Shown in pieces: positions 41,432-49,091 of a stretch of 64,000 nucleotides of DNA. The first letter of the stretch is position 1. Each line of letters begins with the position of its first letter. The notes beneath the pieces are model-generated. The model was given only the letters and a program-made list of their open reading frames with translations. It did no database searches and was not told the origin of the DNA. The stretch is from a virus: the IMG/VR virus record IMGVR_UViG_3300037346_000419, positions 1-64,000 of that record. One strand, given 5' to 3'. The position numbers were made by a program, and so were the translations under genes.

Positions 41432-41811
41432 AGGAGCTGGAGGGTATTGAACCCTCGTCTAGCCTAACTTTTAGTAATAAAATTATACAAGTTTTTATTA
41501 TATTTCTTTTAATTCTTTATATTAGAATATAGGGGTCAACCAGTTAAGATTAACTTTCACCAATTGATTTCTTTTATACTTATAAATCAATAAATAAGTT
41601 TTTTGTCATAAGAACTACTACGCAGCAGTTAACACTAACTCTTCTGTTTCTACCTGAGCTAAGGCAATCGTTTTAGGATTAGAAATCTCTAAAGACGAAA
41701 TGATTACATTACTGTTGCCATTTAAAATTTAATAATCAATTTTTAATGTGTAGATTATCAACCACATACTTGTTTTATTACCTATATTATCTATCAAATC
41801 CATTCAGCCCC
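41432..41811 (-). ncRNA. ssrA: tmRNA
   Basis: 5' GGGGCTGAATGGATTTGA. 3' GAGGGTTCAATACCCTC-CAGCTCC. G3:U70 pair. Tag ORF 41719-41621 ends LTAA followed by TAG TAG. Confidence 0.9.
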
Positions 41812-41924
41812 TGATAATAAAATACATGTTTGTTTATAAGTTTTTCTCATTAATTTCTTGAGTAAACAACCTGGTATTAATTTTTGATAAGCTACCAGAA
41901 CTTTCTCTTATCTACATGTATTAA

Positions 41925-41963
41925 ATTAGTGCAAAGATAAGTAAAATTTATCTTTGCACTAAT
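41925..41963. promoter_or_regulatory. Perfect 16-bp inverted repeat containing TATCTTTG -7 boxes on both strands, upstream of the tmRNA
   Basis: ATTAGTGCAAAGATAA-n7-TTATCTTTGCACTAAT. Confidence 0.6.
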
Positions 41964-42144
41964 ATTTTTAAAGTCTTTGCATACTATTTATAGCAGAAAG
42001 ATTAAGTTTTTCAATGTAAGTAGAATTTAATCTCTTACTGATTTTTGTTCCAAGCTCTTTCATATCCATGATGGCTTGTTTTTTTGCTTGTTTAAAAGCT
42101 GTGTCTGTGTTAATTTTTGTTAAGTTTTGCATTTTATTTTTTAT

Positions 42145-42351
42145 TTATAATTCTTCAATATTTAAATTTGTTACTTCTTCACTAATAGATTCTAAATATT
42201 CTATAGTTTCTCGTTGTGTTTCTGTAAAATTTTCTTCATAAAACTTTTTATATTCATGAATTTCATCCTGTAATAAAGCGTTTAAATTTTTAATTTCTTT
42301 TAAAAGAATTACAAATTTTTTAGCATACTTTATTTTTTCGTAGTTTATTGC
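42145..42351 (-). CDS. Hypothetical coiled-coil protein (approximate start at MAINYEK, downstream of the tRNA)
   Basis: The ORF-track start overlaps tRNA-Leu, so the internal ATG is more plausible. Confidence 0.5.
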   Translation of the reverse strand, partial: AINYEKIKYAKKFVILLKEIKNLNALLQDEIHEYKKFYEENFTETQRETIEYLESISEEVTNLNIEEL

Positions 42352-42370
42352 CATGTTATTTTTTATTTTG

Positions 42371-42453
42371 TGGTCAAAGCGAGAATCGAACTCGCACTCC
42401 AAATTGGAACAAGATTTTAAGTCTTGCGTGTCTACCTATTCCACCATTTGACC
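42371..42453 (-). tRNA. tRNA-Leu(TAA)
   Basis: GGTCAAA/TTTGACC acceptor stem, CAAGA-CTTAAAA-TCTTG anticodon arm, long variable arm, GTTCGATTC T-loop, no encoded CCA. Confidence 0.93.
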
Positions 42454-42460
42454 AACTTAC

Positions 42461-42697
42461 TTATTGTAAGTTTTCTTTTAAATCTGATATACTAATTAAA
42501 GTCATTTCAGTTTTAAAATCTTTAAGATTATTATAAGCATTATATCCTCTATGAACATTTGAATTATCAAATCCATAATAAGTATATAAGTGTGTTACAA
42601 TAATACCTGAATTATCTCTAAACCATCTTGCAAACCATGTTGCATCAGGATTAATAGAATCTATTATAACAACCCAATTTTCTGGAAACTTATTCAT
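42461..42697 (-). CDS. Hypothetical protein
   Basis: 78-aa ORF in the early gene run. Confidence 0.55.
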   Translation of the reverse strand: MNKFPENWVVIIDSINPDATWFARWFRDNSGIIVTHLYTYYGFDNSNVHRGYNAYNNLKDFKTEMTLISISDLKENLQ

Positions 42698-42699
42698 AT

Positions 42700-43098
42700 T
42701 TAAAATTTAAAATCCCAAGATTTACCCAAATTTAAATGAGCATCAAAAGAATCTATTAATTTTCCCGTTTGAATATTTTTAATCTTCCAGGATATATAGA
42801 CTTTATTACCTGTTGGTACACCTACATATAAATATTTAGTTTCTAAAGGTATATTAAAAGTTGTAAAAGAACTATCAGAGTAGTCTTTTTGAACTAGAGT
42901 TTCAGTCCAACCTGATTTATACTCAACTTGAGCTGAAACTCTGTAAATAGCTTTATTATCTTTAACTTTTATTGAAAAAACAAGTTCTTCTTGAGGAAGT
43001 AATGTTTTTTGTGGTATAACTTCTTTTTGACAAGAAGTTAAAATAAAAGCTACTGACAATATTGTTATTAATTTTAGTAAGTTATTTATTTTTTTCAT
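42700..43098 (-). CDS. Putative lipoprotein
   Basis: Signal peptide with lipobox ILTS-CQKE. Confidence 0.7.
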   Translation of the reverse strand: MKKINNLLKLITILSVAFILTSCQKEVIPQKTLLPQEELVFSIKVKDNKAIYRVSAQVEYKSGWTETLVQKDYSDSSFTTFNIPLETKYLYVGVPTGNKVYISWKIKNIQTGKLIDSFDAHLNLGKSWDFKF

Positions 43099-43109
43099 GT
43101 TATTTATTT

Positions 43110-43499
43110 TTACGAATTTAACATTTTTAAGATATAATCTGTAAATTTCTTTTGAAGTTTTCTAGCTTGTTCATGAGAAATTTCTATAATTAAGTTTGAC
43201 CAACCTCTAACAATAAACATATCTATTTTATTTTGATTTTCATCTAAAATATAAAAATCTGTGTTGTTTTCTAAATAAAACTTTTTATTAAGACTGTTAG
43301 GGCCACCATTAATTATATTTACTATTTGTTTACAAATGTCTTCTTCTAAATCAAACTCAAACATTAAAGATACATTTCCTGTATCTGACATAGCAAAACT
43401 TCCAAATTCATCATACTCTAAAGGAAGTTTGTAATAATTTTTTACTTTTATACACATTAATACTTCTGTATTAACTAATTGATTTTCTTTTTGTTCCAT
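43110..43499 (-). CDS. Hypothetical protein
   Basis: 129-aa ORF. Confidence 0.6.
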   Translation of the reverse strand: MEQKENQLVNTEVLMCIKVKNYYKLPLEYDEFGSFAMSDTGNVSLMFEFDLEEDICKQIVNIINGGPNSLNKKFYLENNTDFYILDENQNKIDMFIVRGWSNLIIEISHEQARKLQKKFTDYILKMLNS

Positions 43500-43533
43500 T
43501 TTTTTATTATATGTTTAAGTTTTTATTTTAAAT

Positions 43534-43803
43534 TTAATTAACTGTTTGATATATTGGGTACTTTGGACTTCTATCTATTTCAATTCTTATATCTATAGTC
43601 TTTTGAATAAAGATTGGATATAAAGGTTTTAAATTTGATTTAATTATTTTTTCTCCTTTGTAATTCTCTCTTTCTATCCAATATTTTCTTAATCTGGATA
43701 AATTTATTGAGCAAATTCTCTTGCTTTCAATATTTTCCACTTCTTTTTCAGAAAATTCCCAATTTTTGGATTTTATATTTTTTACACTCATTTTATTAGT
43801 CAA
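43534..43803 (-). CDS. Hypothetical protein
   Basis: 89-aa ORF. Confidence 0.45.
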   Translation of the reverse strand: MTNKMSVKNIKSKNWEFSEKEVENIESKRICSINLSRLRKYWIERENYKGEKIIKSNLKPLYPIFIQKTIDIRIEIDRSPKYPIYQTVN

Positions 43804-43947
43804 TTATTTTAAATGTGGAACAATCAAAGGCTTTGCAAATTTCTGCTTTGGTTAGTTTTTTTGGCTCGTTACCTTGCGCCACTTGTTCTACTAATGCCAT
43901 TTCTTTGTATGGGCTTATTAAATCTTTAATTTTCATATTTTTAATTA

Positions 43948-44172
43948 TTATTTCTTTATTATTACACCATTTGGATAAAGTTCTTTTTGAACTCCTATAT
44001 ACAAGTCATTTATTTCTTCCCAATCCTCTTCTACTGGTAATATTATTGTTTGATTTAAAATTTCTTCATATATTTCTATATAACTATGATACTCATATTT
44101 TCTTTCACTTTTAAGTTTAGCTATTTTAGAATCTAGTTCTTCTTTTCTTTCTTTTGTTATGTATATACTCAT
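43948..44172 (-). CDS. Hypothetical protein
   Basis: 74-aa ORF. Confidence 0.55.
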   Translation of the reverse strand: MSIYITKERKEELDSKIAKLKSERKYEYHSYIEIYEEILNQTIILPVEEDWEEINDLYIGVQKELYPNGVIIKK

Positions 44173-44210
44173 AATATTTTATTTTTCATATTTTCTATTT
44201 AATTTATTTG

Positions 44211-44340
44211 TAGTGAGGACAGGACTCGAACCTGCACTGCTGTTTTTACCCCAAGGTCAAGCCATTTCTGACACGGCAACCTTTATCGAAATTATTTTGG
44301 GTAGGTTGATAATTGCGTTTACCAGTTCCGCCACCTCACT
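44211..44340 (-). ncRNA. tRNA-like RNA (130 nt) with an expanded central region
   Basis: Acceptor stem AGTGAGG/CCTCACT-A, D-arm TGGCGGAACTGGTAAACGC, T-arm GCAGGTTCGAGTCCTGT. About 78 nt replace the anticodon and variable arms. Confidence 0.75.
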
Positions 44341-44403
44341 ATTTAAAATAAAACCACTTTGTCTTTCTAATTGAGAGTATTAAATAATAAATGTTATTAA
44401 CAA

Positions 44404-44949
44404 TTACTCAACACATATATCTAATTTACCTTTTTTTTGTTTAGCTAATTCAATGTATTTATCTAAATCTTTTTGAGTGTAATTATCTTCAAGTTTAGGC
44501 AATTTAATTTTAAGGTTAGGTTCTATTTCAGACATATTTATATGTCTTGCTATATGATTATAATCAGTAAGAAGCCCTTGTCTTAAATAATTAATAGCTA
44601 CTTCAAAATATTTTACATATAATTTATTATCTGAATTATTTATTTTTAGTAAATTATATAAAGATGTACGATATCTAATAATTGAGTCGTCATATCTAAT
44701 AATTGAGTCGTTATAAGGCTTACATATCTGTTTTTGTAAGTTTTTATGTAAGTTTTCAGAGTTTATATTACAAATTTTTAATATAGTATTGGTTGCAGCA
44801 CAACCATAGCATATTTTTTTATTGTTATTATAGTTTCCAAATGTGAACATGTCAATTTCAGTTATTGGATTTTGAAGTCCTTCTACCATTGCCATAATGA
44901 TTTCTTTTGCAGTCATTGACTGGATTGTTTTTTTAAATGTTTTTTTCAT
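44404..44949 (-). CDS. Hypothetical protein with a CYGCAATN motif
   Basis: 181 aa. Contains a 21-bp-period tandem duplication (YNDSIIR/YDDSIIR) at ~44671-44711. Confidence 0.6.
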   Translation of the reverse strand: MKKTFKKTIQSMTAKEIIMAMVEGLQNPITEIDMFTFGNYNNNKKICYGCAATNTILKICNINSENLHKNLQKQICKPYNDSIIRYDDSIIRYRTSLYNLLKINNSDNKLYVKYFEVAINYLRQGLLTDYNHIARHINMSEIEPNLKIKLPKLEDNYTQKDLDKYIELAKQKKGKLDICVE

Positions 44950-45355
44950 GTTTAATTTACATGTTTATGAGTTTAAATAATTGTGAATAAAAGGCTATTA
45001 TTAATATGGCTATAGAAAAGCTATATTTTAAATAGTTTAAAAAAGTGTGAATGGGGTTAGCACAACACTCACTTAACAAACTGATTATAAACAAGTTACA
45101 ACTGAAAAATCAACATAAAATTGACTCAATTTAACACTTATTTATTGCATACCATGACATATTGTTAATAAAATGTTAGTAAAATAATCTATGAATAAGA
45201 AAAACTATGAAATAATTGAAATAAAACAATTATTTTACATACCTCATTTATAATCAGTAACTAACCCCGAAATTTTCACACCGTTATCTTGATTGGATTT
45301 AATTGTTTACATTCAAAAACAAAAAAATAAAAATTAGTAAGGCGTTTTAATAAAA

Positions 45356-45385
45356 ATAACAGCAGAGATTACTCCCTGCTGTTAT
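45356..45385 (-). terminator. Intrinsic terminator
   Basis: ATAACAGCAG...CTGCTGTTAT stem followed by a U run on the - strand, just after the 45396 stop. Confidence 0.7.
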
Positions 45386-45395
45386 CATTTAATTA

Positions 45396-45827
45396 CTACA
45401 AAGCATTTGTAGCTGCGTTTTCAGCTTCTGTGGTAACAGACTCTGCAACATCTTCAGTAATCCAAGTATCAAAAGCATTCATGTCCTCAGTATACACTGT
45501 TTTCATAAATGATTCTTTACCATTTGTCAAAACTGATTCACCTGTTGTTGGGTTAATCTTTGGTGCTTGACCTGGAATAAAAGGCTCAAAAGATTGCAAA
45601 AGAATAATCTTACCTGGAAGGATTTGACCATCTTTTAAGTCACGAGATTGCATTGATTTGGTTTTACCCATAATCATAGCACTGCGATTGGATTCTACTT
45701 CCCAACCATTTTTGTCATAAGATAAGCTCTTAGACTTTACAACATAATAGCTAAACTCTGGGTTTGCTGTTTGTGTAGTTACGGCTCCTGTTTCAGGATG
45801 CGCTGAGATTCTAACTGTATTCTTCAT
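45396..45827 (-). CDS. Hypothetical early protein (beta-rich)
   Basis: 143-aa ORF with its own terminator. Confidence 0.65.
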   Translation of the reverse strand: MKNTVRISAHPETGAVTTQTANPEFSYYVVKSKSLSYDKNGWEVESNRSAMIMGKTKSMQSRDLKDGQILPGKIILLQSFEPFIPGQAPKINPTTGESVLTNGKESFMKTVYTEDMNAFDTWITEDVAESVTTEAENAATNAL

Positions 45828-45892
45828 GTGATTCTATATATAACGCCTTATTGGCCTAAATTAGTAAGGGTAATTGCTGTGAGCTTTTTATG

Positions 45893-45925
45893 AAAAAAGA
45901 AAAAGAGAGGTTTTACCCTCTCTTT
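45893..45925 (-). terminator. Intrinsic terminator
   Basis: AAAGAGAGG...CCTCTCTTT stem with a long U tract on the - strand. Confidence 0.65.
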
Positions 45926-46173
45926 ATATATTGTTTTCATACATTACTTGTTATTAGCCAGGATTGTATTATCAATACAACAGTCAATGCTACTATTATA
46001 ATAGCAATGATTGTGGCTAATATTTTCTCTGATAGTGGTCTGTTATCTTCTTTCATAATCTAAGTTATAAATGGTAATACACAGAAACAGAACACTATTG
46101 TAGTTGTTACTACAAAGATTAGAAGTTGTCGGATTAATTCTTTCTTAGTCATATCTTTAATTAGTAAGGGTAA

Positions 46174-46398
46174 TTATTTGTTATGATGATAGATGTTATA
46201 CGCTAGTGGTATAATAGAACAAACCAAGAGCCATTTATATATGACAACAATAGATTGTTCTCTAGGAGACAGAGGATAGCAATCACTACACTCTTCAATT
46301 GGTAGAGATGTGTAGTGAAAATACATGATGATGATAGCTGAGATGATAGCTACCAATGCTAGTAGAATGAGTAGGATAATTTTTAAGTATTTATTCAT
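46174..46398 (-). CDS. Small two-TM membrane protein
   Basis: Two hydrophobic helices flanking a CSDC loop. First gene of the - strand block. Confidence 0.55.
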   Translation of the reverse strand: MNKYLKIILLILLALVAIISAIIIMYFHYTSLPIEECSDCYPLSPREQSIVVIYKWLLVCSIIPLAYNIYHHNK

Positions 46399-46809
46399 GA
46401 CTGTAAAATTTATTTATTATAGTAATTGGGTAGGGGGACTTTCCTTTTCCAAAAATTGGTTGGGGAAATTTATAGGGTACTCTACACTCTCATTAATTTT
46501 CAAAAATATCACACCTCTAAAAAATTTTTTACATAAATTTTTTTTTCATATTATACCTTTCTATAATATGCTAAAAGAAAAAGAACCAAAAAGAAAAACT
46601 AAATATGATACCCTATTAGGCTGAAGCCTAGTAGAGTTTCGCTTCTGCTAAGAAGCAGTAGTTGAAAAACTACGTTACGAAGTTACACTATATTTTTGAC
46701 ATTATTGCAAGAAATACGTAAAAGTTTTCCACATTATAATCTTTTAAGGTTTTTATCACTCAATAGTTGCATACTATTCAAATTTAACTTAACTTTGCTT
46801 CATAAATAT

Positions 46810-47079
46810 ATGAATACACAAAAAACATTAGGACAAAAAAGAGTTATGGCAGAGTTTAACCCAGCAAAGAATGGGGTTGTAGACCAGATTAAGAATAAGA
46901 CAGCAGAGCTTATTGATTTGTTAGAAGCTCTTAAAAATGATGAAGTTAGTAAAACTTATGAAGAATCTCCTACTCAATTACAAGCTACAAGTGGTGAGAA
47001 GTTAAGAGTTATAGCTTTAGCTCAAACTAAATATGAGACTGCTTGTATGTATGCAGTTAAATCAAATTTTGTAAATTAA
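46810..47079 (+). CDS. Acb2/Tad1-like helical-hairpin protein (candidate cyclic-nucleotide sponge)
   Basis: TLGQKRV..FNP....VDQIK...AELID...RVIALAQTKYETACMYAVK. ATG at 46810 follows a TAACTTTG box. Confidence 0.55.
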   Translation: MNTQKTLGQKRVMAEFNPAKNGVVDQIKNKTAELIDLLEALKNDEVSKTYEESPTQLQATSGEKLRVIALAQTKYETACMYAVKSNFVN

Positions 47080-47441
47080 TGATTATTACAAAGAGTTTAG
47101 AGTTAGAAAAGTATGATTACTATAAGTATCATATTTCTTTAACTAATGTATTATTGAATAAAGACTTATCTAGTAAGGAAATAGATGTATTAGCTGCTTT
47201 TTTATCTTTTGAAAAAAAGTATATTGAAGAGGATATGTTTAATACTTATGTTAGGAGAGAGGTAAGAAAGAAAATGGGCTTATCTCCAGGAGGTCTTGGC
47301 AATCATTTAAAAAGCTTATTATTAAAAAAGTGTATAGATAAAAATGAGATTACAGAAAAAATAACTGTAAAGCCTTATTTTATACCTACTGAATTTGGAC
47401 AAGGTTATCAAATAAAGTTAAAACTTAAAAATGAATTATAG
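47079..47441 (+). CDS. Putative winged-HTH protein
   Basis: LSSKEIDVL...VRREVRKKMGLSPGGLGNHLKSLLLKKCI. Confidence 0.6.
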   Translation: MIITKSLELEKYDYYKYHISLTNVLLNKDLSSKEIDVLAAFLSFEKKYIEEDMFNTYVRREVRKKMGLSPGGLGNHLKSLLLKKCIDKNEITEKITVKPYFIPTEFGQGYQIKLKLKNEL

Positions 47442-47655
47442 ATATACATTAGCTGCTGTGGATAGTTATTATTATAACACTGAAACAGGTAGAGATGAAT
47501 ATATGCACACAAAAGAAATTAGTCAAGATGTAATGGATTGGTTAGAAATTCATGATGTTAAAATTGATAATTCTGGAAATAAGGTTTATATTTGCAATGA
47601 TATACATTATGTTGTAACAGAAATGATATTACAATTAGATGGCCCTGAAGAGTAG
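47431..47655 (+). CDS. Hypothetical protein
   Basis: 74-aa overlapping ORF. Confidence 0.5.
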   Translation: MNYRYTLAAVDSYYYNTETGRDEYMHTKEISQDVMDWLEIHDVKIDNSGNKVYICNDIHYVVTEMILQLDGPEE

Positions 47656-47944
47656 AGATTTAATAATTGAGTATTACGAGAAAGAAAAAGATAAGTACTC
47701 CAATTTAGATTTTTCACATTTTGAAGAAATAGCTTCTACCCCCTGGAAAATGGTAAAAGAGGAGATGCAAAACAATAACTTTTTAAATGTGAGATTGAAA
47801 TACTTTGGGGTATTTAAAGTTTATAAGAAAAGAGTAGAGTTCATGCTTAAAAATATTAAAGAAAGATTTAATAATAATAAACTTTCTGAAACTGAGTATA
47901 ATGAGTTAAAAAATAAATTAGATAAATACATAAATGAAAATTGA
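47639..47944 (+). CDS. IHF/HU-like protein
   Basis: Helix-helix followed by NVRLKYFGVFKV. Such genes are typical upstream of crAss-like terL. Confidence 0.6.
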   Translation: MALKSRDLIIEYYEKEKDKYSNLDFSHFEEIASTPWKMVKEEMQNNNFLNVRLKYFGVFKVYKKRVEFMLKNIKERFNNNKLSETEYNELKNKLDKYINEN

Positions 47945-48251
47945 AGACATAAAACATTATTTTATAGGACACATAAGAAATAAAATTTACCAATCAAAAT
48001 ATAGGAATATTATTAGACAACATATAATAGAACAAATAGAATATAGATTAAAAGTAGTTGATAGAGTATGTTATAATAGCGGTTCTTGTAAAATGTGTGG
48101 TTGTGCAATGCCAGCTTTACAGATGGCGAATAAGATGTGTCACAAACCTTGTTACCCACCTATGATGTCAAAGAGTAAGTGGATAAAGTTTACTAATGGA
48201 GAAAAAATTAAAATAGATTATAAAATTTATGATTTGGGAATGTTCAAATAA
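47934..48251 (+). CDS. Cys-rich putative metal-binding protein
   Basis: CYNSGSCKMCGC...MCHKPCYP. Confidence 0.6.
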   Translation: MKIEDIKHYFIGHIRNKIYQSKYRNIIRQHIIEQIEYRLKVVDRVCYNSGSCKMCGCAMPALQMANKMCHKPCYPPMMSKSKWIKFTNGEKIKIDYKIYDLGMFK

Positions 48252-48534
48252 AGATTTAGGTGTTGTACCTAAAAATACTAAGCTAGAAGTAGAGTTTGCT
48301 TTTATAGGAAATAAAGAAGAAATAAATACTATCACTACTTCTTGTTCATGTGCAAATTATAAGTTACATAATAATAAGTTAGTTCTAAGACATACTACTG
48401 GAGCTGTACCATTTTATTTAAAAAGTGTAGGAGAATATACAACAGAAATATCAGCTAATGTATTTTACAAAGATGCTCCAAAACAAATATTAACCTTTAA
48501 AGTAACTGTAAAAGAAGATGTCATTCCTGTTTAA
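48229..48534 (+). CDS. DUF1573-like Ig-fold protein
   Basis: DLGVV...F.F...TSCSCA...LTFKVTV. Confidence 0.55.
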   Translation: MIWECSNKDLGVVPKNTKLEVEFAFIGNKEEINTITTSCSCANYKLHNNKLVLRHTTGAVPFYLKSVGEYTTEISANVFYKDAPKQILTFKVTVKEDVIPV

Positions 48535-49090
48535 AATAGAAGGTAAATTAATATTTCCAAATGAAGAGACTCTATTAATAGAACCTTTCAAAACTATATG
48601 GAAAAGAGATAAGTCAAAAAATAAAGAGTTTGCTATTGAAGATTTTGCTTACATAGAGTTTATGACTTCTATGAAAAAGAGTAATCCTTATAAGCAATAT
48701 CCTGAAGAGAGAAAGGAAAAAGTTATACTTGAAGAAATTATAACTAGGAAAGATTGGACTCCAGATGATTTAATAAAAGAAGGTATAGATAAGTTAATCA
48801 AATTTCAAAAAGAAGCATCAACTACATATAATTATTATATAGCAGCTAAGACTGCTGCTGAAGGAATGCAAAAATTCTTTCTTGAAGTGGATGTAACAGA
48901 AGTAAATGAGAAAACAAGAAATCCTATTTATAAACCTAGAGATATTACTTCAGCTTTAAATGATACTGAAAAAGTATTAAGTAATCTAAAAGCATTAGAA
49001 AAGAAAGTAGAAGAAGAGTTGTATGAAGAAACAAAAAACAGAAGTGACAAACAAATTAGTCCTTTTGCTAACCGAAACAGTTTAAAATAA
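48518..49090 (+). CDS. Packaging-module protein, possible terminase small subunit
   Basis: 190 aa, helical, located upstream of terL. Function inferred from position only. Confidence 0.45.
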   Translation: MSFLFKIEGKLIFPNEETLLIEPFKTIWKRDKSKNKEFAIEDFAYIEFMTSMKKSNPYKQYPEERKEKVILEEIITRKDWTPDDLIKEGIDKLIKFQKEASTTYNYYIAAKTAAEGMQKFFLEVDVTEVNEKTRNPIYKPRDITSALNDTEKVLSNLKALEKKVEEELYEETKNRSDKQISPFANRNSLK

Positions 49091-49091
49091 T

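Noticed and set aside
44671-44711. Tandem duplication with 21-bp period in ORF 44404-44949
   Set aside because: A simple in-frame two-copy slippage with no sign of a larger system.
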